Shown: piece after piece, positions 15,201 through 32,300 of the stretch
How positions within the stretch are numbered: position 1 is the first letter of the stretch
Layout: each line of letters opens with the position of its first letter
DNA from: the human T2T-CHM13v2.0 reference genome, Homo sapiens
Assembly: GCF_009914755.1 (NCBI RefSeq)
Contig: NC_060940.1
Length of the DNA stretch: 64,000 bases
Strand: one strand, 5' to 3'
Notes under the pieces: model-generated
The model's input: the letters and a program-made list of their open reading frames with translations, nothing else
Databases searched by the model: none
Told to the model about the DNA's origin: nothing
Program-made: the position numbers and the translations under genes

Positions 15201-17810
15201 TAGTACACAGCTACAGAACTCTCTGCCCAAAGACAACAGAATATACATTCTTTTCATCACCACATGGTACATATTCTAAAATTGACCATGCAATCTGACA
15301 TAAAACAATCCTCAGCAAACACACAAAAAAACGAAATCATACTGACCACATTCTCAGACAACAGCACAATATAAATAGAAATCAAAGCCAAGAAAGTCAC
15401 TCAAAACCATACAACTGTATGAAAGTTAAACAACCTGCTGCCAAATGAGTCTTGGGTAAATAATGAAATCAAGAAGTTATTTGAAACTAATGAGAACAAA
15501 GACACAACATGCCAGAATCTCTGGGAAACAGCTAAGGCAGTGTTAAGAGGGAAATTTATAGCACTAAATGCCCACATCAAAAAGTTAGAAAGATCTCAAA
15601 TTAACAACCTAACATCACAATTAGAACTAAAGAAGCAAGAGCAAACCAACCCCAAAGCTAGCAGGAGACAAGAAGTAACCAAAATCAGAGCTGAACTGAA
15701 GGAGATAGAGATATTAAAAAAATACAAAATATCAACAAATCCAGAGGTTTATTTTTTGAAACAATTAATAAGATAGATAGACCACCAGCTAGAAGAATGA
15801 AGAAGAAAAGAGAGAAGATCCAAATAAACACAATGAGAAATGACAAAGGGGATATTACCACTGACCCCACAGAAATACAAATAACCATCAGAGACTCCTT
15901 TATGCATACAAATTAGAAAATCTAGAAGAAATGGATAAATTTCTGGATACATACATCCTCCCAAGACTGAATCAGGGAGAAATTGAATCCCTAAACAGAC
16001 TAATAACAAGCTCTGAAATTGAATCAGTAAAAAATAGCCTACGAACCAAAGAAAGCCCAGGACCAGACAGATTCACAGCCAAATTCTGCCAGATGTACAA
16101 AGAAGAATGGGTACCATTCCTACTGAAACTATTCCAAACAATTGAAGGGGAGGGAGTCATCTCCAACTCATTCTATGAGGCCAGCATCATCCTGATACCA
16201 AAACATGGCAGAGATACAACAAAAAAAGAAAATGTCAGGCCAATATTCTTGATAAGCATAGATGAAAAATCCTCAGCAAAATACTAGCAAACTGAATCCA
16301 GTAGCACATCAAAAAACTAATCCACCACCATCTAGTAGGCTTTATCCCCATGATGCAAGGTTGGTTCAACATATGCAAATCAATAAATGTGATTCATCAC
16401 ATAAACAGAACTGAAGACAAAAACCACATGATTATCTCAATAGATGAAGAAAAGGCTTTCAGTAAAATTCAACATCCCTTCATGTTGAAAACCATCACTA
16501 AACTAGGCATTGAAGGAACATACCTCAAAATAATGAGAGCTGTGCATGACAAACTCAGAGCCAACATCATACTGAATGGGCAAAAGCTGGAAGCATTCCC
16601 TTGAAACCTGGAACAACTCAAAGGATGTCCACTCTCACCACTTCCAGTACTGGAAGTCCTGGCCAGAGCAATCAGGCAAGAGAAAGAAATAAAAGGCATC
16701 AAAATAGGAAGAGAGGAAGTCAAACTATCCCTGTTTGCAGATGACATAATTCTGTATCTAGAAAACCCCACGGTCTCTGCCCCAAAGCTCCTTGAGCTGA
16801 TAAGCAACTTCAGCAAAGTTTTGGGATACTAAATCAATTTACAAAAATCAGTAGCATTCATATACACTAACGGCATCCAAGCCAAGATCCAAATCAGGAA
16901 TGCAATCCCATTAACAATTACCACAAAAACAAAAAAATACCTAGGAGCACAGCTAACCAGGGAGGTGAAAATCTCTACAATGAAAATGACAAAACACTGT
17001 TCAAAGAAATCAGAGACAACACAAACAAATGGAAGGATATTACATGCTCATGGGTAGAAAGAAGAAATATCATTAAAGGGGCCATACTGCCCAAAGCAAT
17101 TTATAGATTCAGTGCTATTCCTATCATACTAGCGGTAATTAATACATTCTTCATGGAACTAGAAAAAACTAATGCTTATATACTTCTGGTGGGAGAGTAA
17201 ATTAGCTCAACCATTCTAGAAATCAGTGTGGCAATTCCTCAAAGAACTGAAAAGAGAACTACCATTCAACCTAGCAATCCCACTACTGAGTATGGTCCCA
17301 AAGGAATACAAATCATTCTACCATAAAGACACATGCACACGTATGTTCACTGCAGCACTAATCACAATAGCAAAGACATGGATCAACCTAAATGCTCATC
17401 AATGGTAGACTCAATAAAGAAAATGTGGTATATATAGACCATGGAATACCATGCAGCCATAAAAAAGAATGAGATCATGTCCTTTGCAGGAACATGGATG
17501 GAACGTTAGACCATTATGCTCAGCAAACTAACACAGGAACAGAAAACCAGATACCGTCTGTTCTCACTTATAAGAGCTAAATAACAAGAACACATGGACA
17601 GAAAGAGGGGAACAACAGACATTGTGCCTACTTGAGGGAGGAGGGTGGGAGGAGTGAGAGGTTCAGAAAAAAAAAAGCTTTCAGGTATTATGCTTAGAAC
17701 CAGGGTGATGAAATAATCTGTACATTCAACCCCCAAATCACGAGTTTCTTATATAACAAGCCACACATGTACCCCTGAACCTAAAATAAAAGTTAAGATA
17801 TTTAAAAAAA
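12262..17810 (+). mobile_element. Near full-length old L1PA (L1PA13-16 class), inactive: 5'UTR, ORF1 (~13.7-14.6 kb), ORF2 (~14.7-17.4 kb, internal deletion near 17172), 3'UTR
   Basis: ORF fragments match L1 ORF1/ORF2 ([53 protein letters not shown]) with many stops and frameshifts; 3'UTR ends cacatgtacccctgaacctaaaataaaag. Confidence 0.95.
12830..13330 (+). repeat. About four degenerate ~120-140-bp tandem units inside the L1 5'UTR
   Basis: Recurring agagcttctagccc...gaactcagct...gcacagcctcctgttgtc near 12890, 13008, 13138 and 13279. Confidence 0.7.
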
Positions 17811-18163
17811 CAAATTGTCTATGAATGCCAGGTATGTCAGCATGTCATTAATTTCTATCTATAATTAGACTAAAATTTCACTCATTTAGATGAAATGAAA
17901 AATCTTTATTAGTAAAACCTTTGTTACTTGGCCCTACAGAATAATAAATGCAACTGTATTGATTTCAAAAAAAATTTCTTAGTTTATTGTTAGTAGTCAT
18001 ATTATTATAATTTTTTACAAATTTATGTATATTATATGATAAAGCAAATAATATGTTGTCAGTTAGCACCAAGGTATAATCTGTAAAAGAGATAAATATA
18101 AAATAAAACAATTTAATAAAAATCATATAACATGACATAAGAAATATTACACACACACACAGA
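17811..18163 (+). other. Putative L1 3'-transduced segment
   Basis: Non-L1 AT-rich DNA between the L1 poly(A) and the 3' copy of the TSD gagatagaagtc (12250-12261 and 18164-18175). Confidence 0.75.
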
Positions 18164-18175
18164 GAGATAGAAGTC

Positions 18176-21600
<3,425 letters not shown>

Positions 21601-21604
21601 TTAT

Positions 21605-22085
21605 TGGAGGATTTTTGTACCCAACCTCACATCCTTTAGGCCCACCAATAGCTTCCCACAGTGTAAGTTGGAAGCACCCTCTCAGCTGCACTGCATTATT
21701 TCACTTTTTCTGTCCTTGGTTTATCTGACAGGAACCTCCTAGTGCTCACACATATGCAGCCTGGAAGTGTGAAGGACATATTCCTTGACCAGTGGGAGAC
21801 AGACAGAAATTAGTGCGTAAAAGCTACATTCTTCTATTCTTTGGGCAGACAATTTTGAGGTACATCCTATAAGGCTCTTCAGAGGGTCCCAGTGGGACAA
21901 AACCTCAGTTGTCCATGTTGATAGCCAACTTAAGAACACAGCCTTAAACTGCTTTTATTTCCTTCCCTGCCTCATTCTTTCAGTCCCTCACTCCTCCCCC
22001 GCAATCACTTAGCAAAAATAAACTACCAACACTCAAGTCCTAGACTCAGGCTCTGTCTCCTTGGCAGAGATCCAGGATAAGATAA
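21605..22085 (+). mobile_element. LTR16-like ERVL solo LTR
   Basis: cagagggtcccagtggga; aaataaactacc...caagtcct...ctcaggctctg 3' motif. Confidence 0.65.
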
Positions 22086-22334
22086 TGGAGAGATCTGCTC
22101 TATCAGACATCAACACTTATTATAAAGCCAAGTCTGGGGCAGGAAATAGACAAGATGAGCCTGAAACACCTGGTCATGCCTGAAAGCAAGGAAACTATCA
22201 CAGACTGTACAATCAATTCATCAATCAAATAACATAGAGGCCAACTTGCAGGGTTCTCCCATTGGCCAAAGACAGGATAAAACTAATTAGTCACCTTTAG
22301 AGGTCACTAGAGTACCAATTCACTATTCTGAAGA

Positions 22335-22441
22335 AGCAAGGAAAGAAGGGAGGAAGGGAGAAAGGGAGAAATGGAGAAAGGAGGAAGAAAGGGAGGAAGG
22401 AGGGGGAAGGAAGGAGGGAGGGAAAGAGGAAGGGAGGAGAA
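22335..22441 (+). repeat. GA-rich polypurine low-complexity tract
   Basis: ggaaagaagggaggaagggag... for ~100 bp, almost all purines. Confidence 0.9.
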
Positions 22442-22717
22442 TTCATGCCTTTCTTGTATAAAATGTATTTCATGGTAGCAAAATAGTAAATGAGAAAAAG
22501 TTCTTTAAAGAAAAATTCTAGCTGATGAATGAATGTACAAGAAATATGATAGCACTATTTGAAAATCATCACACTGCCACTCCTACTGAAAGGATGTAAG
22601 CTCTTATGCTAAAACTTTGGGGTGAAATCTTGATGGGGAACATTATAATCAATCAATCTGGCTGATAACACGTAAATCCTGTAATCAATCTTAATGCCAT
22701 TAAAAAAAAAAATACTA

Positions 22718-22812
22718 GCCAGGTGTGGTGGCTCATGCCTGTGATCCCAGCACTTTGGGAGGCCAAGGCAAGAGGATCACTTGAGCCCAGGAGTTTGAAA
22801 CACCATATAAAA
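22718..22812 (+). mobile_element. Alu left-monomer/FLAM fragment
   Basis: gccaggtgtggtggctcatgcctgtgatcccagcac...gagtttga then truncated. Confidence 0.85.
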
Positions 22813-22829
22813 AATAAAAGGACAAGTCT

Positions 22830-23785
22830 CAAAATGGGAAAAGGTACTTGTGACACATAACCAACAAAACTACTGTACCAGAATATTTAAAGAACTCCTA
22901 CAAAACAATATTAAAAAAAAAAACAGACAATCCAATAGGGGAAAAAAGCAAAAGAACAGGCTGTTTACACTAGAGAATATCTAAATGGCTAATAAATATA
23001 TGAAACATGCCCAAACTAATAAAAAAACAGGGAAATGTAATTAAAACCACAAGATGCCCCTACACATGTACTAGATAGGCAAAATCTGAGTCTGATAATT
23101 CTGAATATTGGCTCCTCTGTGTTGTAATGGGAAATGCCAAGCACTTGCTGGTCGGGCTGTAACTACGTAAAACAACTTCAGAAAACATATTCCATCATCT
23201 AGTAAACTTAAAGATACGTATGTTCTATGACCCAGCAGTTTTACCCTGGTAGACAGTCCAGAGAAATGTATGCACATGCTACAGAGATATGAGTAAGACT
23301 GTTCATAGCAGTGTTATTCATAATAGTGGAATATTGGAAACAACCCAAGTTTTTATTGATAGCATATAGAAAAAATTGCCATATTCCTATAATATAATAT
23401 CACAAATCAATAAAGATGATCTAAACAGAGACCAACAATATGGATGAATTTTACATCAAGTTGAGGGCAGAAAAGCAACATGAAACATGAATACATACAG
23501 TGTGATTCAATTTATATAAAGTACAGACAAAGGAAAAACTGAACTACGTTTCTAGGAATGTATACAAAATGGCAAAACTATATTAGAACCCAAGAATGAC
23601 TGTAAAGGTCAGGATAGCAGTTACCTCTGAGGTGGGGAAGAGGAGGGCTATGATGGAGAAGGATTCCAGGATACCCACATCCTAATCCTTGCCCAGGTGG
23701 TGGTTACACATCTGTTCCCTTTATTTGTTAAATGGTAACAATGTGTTTCATACATTTACGTGTATGTTCTATTCCACAACTAAAA
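22830..23785 (+). mobile_element. L1ME-type 3'-end fragment
   Basis: aagaactcctaca, gggaaatgtaattaaaaccacaaga, atgacccagcagttt motifs. Confidence 0.7.
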
Positions 23786-23849
23786 TTCTAAGGAGAGTTC
23801 ATTTTGAAAATTAAATATTTCTTAAAATTTGGAAAGCATCTTTGAAATT

Positions 23850-23990
23850 CTGCAACCCAGTTTTTCCCAGGGTAGCATCAACTGAGGATCACCTAGTCCT
23901 ACCCTAGAGATTCTGATTCAGTCAATCTATAGTCGGTCCTGGACATCGGTATTTTCAAATAGGTCGCCTAAGTTTGGGAAGTGCTTAGCC
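23850..23990. mobile_element. MER5-like hAT MITE
   Basis: agagattctgattcag core and aagtttgggaagtgct terminus. Confidence 0.6.
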
Positions 23991-26900
23991 AAGTCCAGAC
24001 TCCATGGGTGGTTAAGGCATTTGCCCTGTGCTTCCCAACCCCACCACAAGGCTCTCTCCACTGTATCAGTGAGGACTAGACATCCCTTGCCTTTGGGCTC
24101 AACTCTTGTCCTACAAAAGAGTTTTACAGCCAGCAGGCTCACAGGTTTGGCACAGGAACTGATAGCAGTAGGTACCTTTTGGACAGGTTCCTGTAAGTCT
24201 CCAGTTAAATGATGCTTTCTATCCAGCAAACTTGCATTGACTGTTAATTTAACCTACATAAAATTTAAGGTTCTCCTTTCCAGTATTCTGCTGTTCTTCT
24301 CTCAAATAGTCCATCCAATAGATCATAAGAATAATGTACAACTATTGGCAAAAATGATTTTGAACTGACTTATGCACACATTTACCCCCATTTTAAGTCT
24401 CGATGATGCCCCAAGTTGTCGTTCAGACAAGTTCATGAATACAGGTACCTCTACATTGATGGACCTTTCTCCAGAATGAGGAGCCAAAATCATCTGAATT
24501 AAGTAGAGATCTCATTTGTCCCTGACTCATGATAATGTCTGTGCTACAGTCCTGCATTAATTACTTTGCCCAAGTAGAAATACACTACCCATATAAGAAT
24601 TTCACTTCTGAACAAAACAAAATAAAAATCCACGAGTGGTGACCTCAAAATGAACTGGTTAAATTTAAGGACTCATTTTTAAAGGTCAATGTCCTTTTGC
24701 TGCAAATACAGTTCCTATGCAGATGAGAAGTTGAACCTGACCTATGGAGCCGAGCATAATTAGCCAGCTGCACCCTCATAATAAGGTGCAGATGGTTAAT
24801 TGCACCAGCAAATAACTGCTTACTTGTGGGCACAAAAGCCTGTACCTAAAATCATTGAAAGTATACTTGGGACTATTTATGCTCATGGCAAACAAAACAC
24901 ATTTCCAAGGTTTCATCTGCGAACAGATCACAGCCAGCTCCAAATCCCTGCTTTGCGGGAGAGCCATTCACGCTGCTGAGGTCTGGTCCAAGAGAGGGAC
25001 CACTGGCCACAAAGCCACATATTAACTGGTGAAATATTTCTTGGGGTGCTGAATCGTTGTTGAAAAATCTCCTGAATTTGTTGTAATAGGGATGAGGGGA
25101 TCAGTCAATAAGGTGAGACTTTGGTTTCCCTAGAACGCAAAGTAAATTCTGTATTCTTTTGATTACAAACTCTGAAATGATTTTTTCATAAACAAACATC
25201 TCATCATTAGTTTTCTGAATAAGAAAAAAAAAGACCAATTTTCCTGTGCCCTTGAGGAATTTCATGCACTAGCCAAGCTCCTAGAATTTAGCAAGCTGTA
25301 TTAGATTCAACACACCCAGTGGTTGTTAGCGACTGTTCCAAAGATCCACTCTAAAACATATTCTATTAATCCCAATGTGGTAAGAATAAGATATGGGGAG
25401 AAAACAGAGAAGGGATAACTACTCCATAAAACCCATGTTTGGAAGTCCTCAGCCAGCTGCAAAGCTTTCAGCTGGGCAAGAGGTCAAGATGACAGGGCTG
25501 GGGAGCAGAATACTAATCTACTGGAATCCACACAGAACCTTTCTTCTGAAGAACCCACTGGGTTACGTGATTCTATTCAGTTTAATTGTATACTGGGGAG
25601 GAGGAAAAGCTATTTGCCATGGTTTTAATTGCTAAGAACACACTATCTTTTTCAGAACCATCTGTTTAATTGTAATTACAAACAGCGATGTAAAAACGCA
25701 AATGATTAACAAGTACAAAATTCCCTACCACTAACAGTTTTAACATAACAAGCCATATTGTGAAAGAGTATGTTGCCTTTTCCCTCCCTGCAATATTTCA
25801 TGATTTGGCAACTGACAACCCACCATTTTTTACAGAATCTCATTCTGGTAGAGCTAAAGGTATTAATTAGTATTCTTAGAGTACATCCTCCTGTTATTGC
25901 TTTTTATTAAATCGTAATTCCCTCTAGCAGCAAAAGGATTATATCAGAAATGAAATGCATAAGGCCCCTTTGTTTCCATCTCCCACCAAAATCTTTGAGG
26001 TTTCATATGATATCATCTATAATTAATTACCAGGCATATTCCAAAGCATTGCAAGACTACTTTTGGCTTCATAAACACAAATTTCTGCTTTCCTGGTTTT
26101 GAAATATGCTTCCCACACTGTCATTATTTTAAAAGCCATGAGTACTGGTAATTGTTTTCAGACATCAATAAAAATAGCTTAACCTTGAAATTTATTTTAA
26201 TTAGGGATTTTTTCAAAGCCACTGCTGCAAATTTGGGTGGATTGTTTATAATAAAAATGAGCATCAACAACATAGTTGTACAGAACATAGAATTAGGCAA
26301 AGTTGTTTAACTTAGGCTCATAATAGCAGTTTAAAGAAATAAAAACAGACACAGATACAGTCAGATCATAATGTTATTAGAGCAACTTTACATTCAGGAC
26401 ATTTTAGATAGCTTATTAAAGCAAGAAGATGCCATTTTAAAAAAAAAATAAGGGGCAGATTTATGCATTGCCAGTGAAATTACAAGAGATTGCTTTTTCT
26501 AGTCATTTCACACTAATTTTTCTTTAAAGTCAACCAAGTTGACTTTTTGGTATTAAGAGGAAGACCACCACTTTAAGAATATAGGATTTAGTATAGGATT
26601 TGGTATTCATATTAAGATGAATATCACCCCTTTAAGAATATAGGATCTAACATAGGATATGCTGGTTTATTTGAACCAATACTTTCTAACAAGCCTTTCT
26701 ATCAAGCACAGAACAATTTTTAAAAGTCCACTTTTCCTCCATACCACCTCAAGGGATAAATATGACCCTTTAAAAAAATCAGATAACTAAAACACTTTGA
26801 ATCCAAATAAATTAAAAGATTGCACAGTTTTTCAAATTAAATTGCATTAGAGGCATTTTATGATATGTCAATTTTCCTCACCTGAAACCCTTCCAGCAAT

Positions 26901-27969
26901 AATCCTACAATTATTTTTGCCTTATTCCAAGCCCCCATCCCTCTCAAACGACATTTTGTATGAAGAGCAGCCAAATGCTAAGTGCTTCTGCAGTGTTAAT
27001 GAGGAAACAGATCTTGGAAGAAATTATTTGAAAGAAAAAGTTTGCCCTCAGGAATGAGTTGTCGTTTCACTTTTAATGATGGTAACTGTGGTTCAGCGTA
27101 TTTCGGTCCATTGCGTTCTGAAATGTACTCATCCCAAACCAGTGCTCTTTAACCTTTGTGGTCCAGGTCCTACTGGAAATCTGATGATGGCTATGAACAC
27201 TATCCCCCAGAAGATTAACATAAACATAAAATCTGAGGGCTGACACATCCAGGGTCAAAAATCTATTACACAGATCCCGAATGTGTACCAATTAAAACAT
27301 GGTTTCAATACTAACAGGCTATGAGTTTCTTTCAAACCTGATGAGCGTTTTCATGTTCTAAATGTTTCTGCTGCTAAAGTGAAGAAACATTCTCAAAACT
27401 ATTCTTAAAGCCTGTGAAACTATATAACTACTAAGGGGTAATAACTTCCTTCTACTTTGTGATTGCATAAATCATTCTCACACACAAGCCAGAAGTATTC
27501 CTTCCCCCAAATAACTCTAATTTGGCCTTGTATACAAGACATAAAATGAAATACCAACTTACAAGTATCATTTTCTAAGAGCTTCTGACATGCATTCATT
27601 GTCACATCTTTAGATATAATATAGAATAAAATACACACTTCACATAAAAAGAAAATATTTAAGTCACTAGTCTGCATGTATATATTCTTCAGCTGGCATT
27701 TGCTAAACCTGAATTTTTCCATCTTTGTCACACATGTATACAGCGAATACATCCAGGTTTCACGAAAGATTTACTCTGATGCTCTCAATAAATGATTCAA
27801 TACAAAAATTATTAAGAATAGTTACCTCTGGGGAACCAGACTAGGAGAGAGAGTGGAGTAATGAGAAGCCTTTCATGTTTACATTTCTAAGGTATTTAAT
27901 TTTTTACAAGGAGTATGTAAATGACTGTGCTAAAAATTAAGACTACAAAGTAATACATTGTTTTCTAAT

Positions 27970-28913
27970 ATAGGTTATGCTGGTTTGTTTGAACCAACTC
28001 TCCTGCTGAAAACAACTAAAAATGCTGGCTAAAATATTTTTTCAGCTTCTCAAAAGCATCAAAAAGCTAACAAGACCATAAGGAATTATCTAGCCAACAT
28101 CTAACTGAAAACAGGGACCAAGAAAGGTAAGTGGAGCACTGAAACAAATTTGGTAGGAGATAATCCTCCAGACAAGGACACCCTGAGCTCTGCTTGTGGC
28201 TGCCTGGTAGGGCTTCCAGGAAAGGTCAACACCCAGGACCCATCAAAGGTGGGGAGACTGATAGTTGACTCCACTCCAAAGGTGTACACTTTCAACGTTT
28301 GGGTCAAAAATAAAGCCTTCCTATCCCACCATTCCCAGCTGAATGCAGGGGACGATTCCTTGGCACCTAACAGAGAGAAAGGTATAAAGAAAAAAAAAAA
28401 AACCCTGAAAGGTTAGAATCACAGCCAACTCTCTTAGAGATGTACAGCCCAAATTCATATCACCTGTGAGCTCCAAAAGCCTCAAAGTATGATTTTTACT
28501 TTAAAATAAGCCTGGACAGGTAGTTCCCTGAGGTACCTAACAGAGGCAAATGCAAACCCTCTCTGATGAACCTCCTTCTCTGAGGACCTCTCTGAGGTCC
28601 TCCTTCATTTTAGTCATCAAACACTTCCCATAAATAATTTTCCAAGGACAATAAGCAGCTCTTGGTCAAAATAAACAAGCATACTAAGAGAGTGGGAAAA
28701 GCACCCTGAACAAGAACCAGCAAAAACATCCTGTAGGAAAAGAAATTCAAGAAATGAAAATTAAAATAATAAAAATTAAAACTCAATGAATAGAATATCT
28801 AATTCTAAGAAGAATGTATTTGATAGCATCTACTTCAACAATTAGAAAATAAAATAGATAAATTACAAAAAGCATATACTTTAAGACATTAGAGAGGTAT
28901 AGAAGAAATATAG
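27970..28913 (+). mobile_element. Ancient L1M 5'-end fragment (continues after 32010)
   Basis: Co-linear similarity to 11990-12261 plus 18176-19100 (cagcccaaattcatatcac; aattttccaaggaca). Confidence 0.55.
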
Positions 28914-29243
28914 TGTTAAATCAAGTTTAGCCTAAAGCTGCCTCCTTACATATTTTAAGTTTGGCCTAAAGGTTTCTCTGTACATTGTGAACTATAACCT
29001 AAATGAAGCTGTAAACAGACCATAGCCTACTCTTGTGCCAATCACTGAGTTTTGGCCAAAGGTGGCCAACTTTTCAAACCGTGTTCAAATAAGGCAAGCA
29101 ATGAGCTGTAACTAATCTGGCTATTTTTGTACCTCATTTCTATTTTCTGTACATCACTTTCTTTTTTCAATCCACAAATCATCTTCTACCACATGGCTCC
29201 ACTGGAGTCTTTCTGAGCCTACTCTGGCTCAAGAGGCTGCCCA

Positions 29244-31586
29244 CAGCACACCAAAAGGATAACACATCATGATCAAGTGGGTTTCATCCCAGGAATGCAG
29301 GGATGGTTTAATATACACAAGTCAATAAATGTGATATATCACATAAACAAAATTAAAAACAAAAACCATAGATTATCTCAGTAGATGAAGAAAAAGCATT
29401 TGAAAAAATCCAGCACCCCTTTATGGTAAAAACCCTCAACAAAATAAGCATAGAAGGGACTTACCTCAAAATAATAAAAGCCATATACGACAAACCCACA
29501 GCCAACATCATACTGAATGCAGAAAAGTTGAAAGCCTTCCCTGTGAGAACTAGAACAAGACAAGGATGCCCACTTTCACCACTTTTATTTGACATAATAC
29601 TGGAAGTCCTAGCCAGAGCAACCAGCAAGAGAAAAAAATAAAGGGCATCCAAATTGGAAAAGAAGTCAAACTGTCACTGTTTGCCAGTTATATGATTATA
29701 TACCTAGGAAACCCTAAAGACTCATCCAAAAGGCTCCTAGATCTGATGAACGAATTCAGTAAAGTCTGAGGTTACAAAATTAATGTACACAAATCAGTAG
29801 CACTGCTCTACACCAACAACAACCATGCTGAGAATCAAATCAAGAGCTCAATCTCTTTTACAACAGCTGCAAAAAAATAAAATAAAATAAAATACATATG
29901 AATATACTTAACCAAGTAGGGGAAAGACCTCTACGCGGAAAACTAAAAAGCACTGCTGAAATAAATAATAGATGACACAAACAAATGGATACACATCCTA
30001 TGCTCACGAATGGGAAGAATCAACATTGTGAAAATGACCATACTACCCAAAGCGATTCCCATCAAAATACCAACATCATTCTTCACAGAACTACAACAAA
30101 CAATTCTAAAATTCACATGGAACCAAAAAAGAGCTCACAAAGCTAAAGCAATACTAAGCAAAAAGAACAAATCTAGAGGCATCACATTACAATACTTCAA
30201 ATTATACTACAAGGTTATAGTTACCAAAACAGCATGGTACTGGTATAAAAATGGGCACATAGACCAATAGAACAGAACAGAGTACCCAAAAATAAAGCCA
30301 AATAATTACAGCCAACTGATATTTGACAAAGCATATAAAGACATAAATTGGAGAAAGGACACCCTATGCAATAATGGTGCTGGGAAAACTGGCAAGCCAC
30401 ATGTAGAAGAATGAAACTGGGTCCCCATTTCTTACCTTATAAAAAACATTAACTCCCAATGGATCAAAGACTTAAATCTAAGACATGAAACCATAAAAAT
30501 CCTAGAAGATAACATTGGAAAAACTCTTCTTCTGGCATTGGCTTAGGCAGAAATTCAGGACTAAGACCCTAAACGCAAATGTGACAAAAACAAAAACAAA
30601 TAAATGGGTCCTAATTAAACTAAAAAGCTTCTGCAAAGCAAAAGAAATAATAAGAAGAGTAAACAGACAACCCACAGGGTGGGAGAAAGTATTTGCAAGC
30701 TATGCATCCAACAAAGGACTAGCATCCGGAATCTACAAGGAGCTCAAACAAATCAGCAAGAAAAAAAAAAAAACAAATAATCCCTTCAAAAAGTGAGCTA
30801 AAACATGAAGAGACATTTCTCAAAAGAAAATATACAAACAGCCAACAAATATGAAAAAATGCTCATCAGTAGTTGTCAGGGAAATGCAAATTAAAACCAC
30901 AATGAGATACCACCTTACTCTTGCAAGAATGGCCATAATTAAAAAGTCAAAAAACAATAGATGTTGGTTGGGATGTGGTGAAAAGGGAATACTTCTACAC
31001 TATTGGTGGGAATGCAAATTAGTACAACCACTAAAAGTAGATCTACCATTTCATCCAGCAATCCCACTACTGGGTATCTACCCAAAGGAAAAGAAGTCAT
31101 TATATGAAAAAGACACATTCACATGCATGTTTACAGCAACACAATTTGCAATTGCAAAGATATGGAACCAACCTAAGTGCCCATTGATCAACAAGTGGAT
31201 AAAGAAAATGTAAAATGTGTATACCATGGAATACTACTCAACCATAAGGAGTGACAAAATAATGTCTTTTGCAGCAACTTGGATGCAGCTGGAGGCCATT
31301 ATTCTAAGTGAAGTAACCCAGGAGTGAAAAACCAAATACCATACGTTCTCCCTTATAAGTGGGAGCTAAGCTATGAGATGCAAAGACATACAGAGTGATG
31401 AAATTTGGGAACTCATTTGGGGAAGTCAGAAGTAGGGTAAGGGATAAAAGACTACATATTGGGCATAGTGTACACTGCTCAGGTGACAGGTACACTGAAA
31501 TCTCAGAATTCACCACTAAAGAACTCATCCATGTAACGAAAAACCACTTGTACCTCAAAAATGATTGAAATATAAAATTATTTAAA
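29244..31586 (+). mobile_element. 5'-truncated L1PB (L1PB1-like): ORF2 relic plus 3'UTR
   Basis: ORF2 peptides ([29 protein letters not shown]); 3'UTR gggataaaagactacatattggg; TSD aagaggctgc(c/t)ca at 29231-29243 and 31587-31599. Confidence 0.92.
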
Positions 31587-31629
31587 AAGAGGCTGCTCAA
31601 TTTGCAAATTGTTCTTTGCTCTGAAATGA

Positions 31630-31990
<361 letters not shown>

Positions 31991-32300
31991 TAAGGTTTTT
32001 CTTTTAACAATGGACTAGAAGAACTAAAATTTCAGAAGGGAAATGGCCTCTCATCAATGAGTTGAAGTTACTGGTCATGTTTTTCTCTGGGGACATTTGC
32101 TAATTCTAGGCACAGGGAGACAATCCAGCTTGGCTCAGGCAGAGGATTCTTAAGGTAAGAGGAGGCACCAACAGAATAGGTGATGGTTGTAAAATCTGGC
32201 AAGACGAACAGGAACCTAAAAAGCGAGGGCCAGATTCCCCTATGGGTGATTTTCTGAGAAGTGGAACAGCATGAGAGCTCTGAAGTTGAATGAGAAAGAG

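Noticed and set aside
13501-17408. ORFs resembling L1 ORF1p, endonuclease and reverse transcriptase (also 29.4-31.2 kb and 34.4-36.3 kb)
   Set aside because: Fragmented by stops and frameshifts; dead L1 relics, not functional CDS or a novel RT system.
24870-25075. ~65-codon minus-strand open frame after a TTCAG acceptor
   Set aside because: No recognisable protein similarity, ends in a stop, and splice signals are mediocre.
27338-27411. Candidate ~74-nt minus-strand exon (TTTCACAG...CAG|GTTTGA)
   Set aside because: Weak donor, and a stop in the frame that would continue exon 1.
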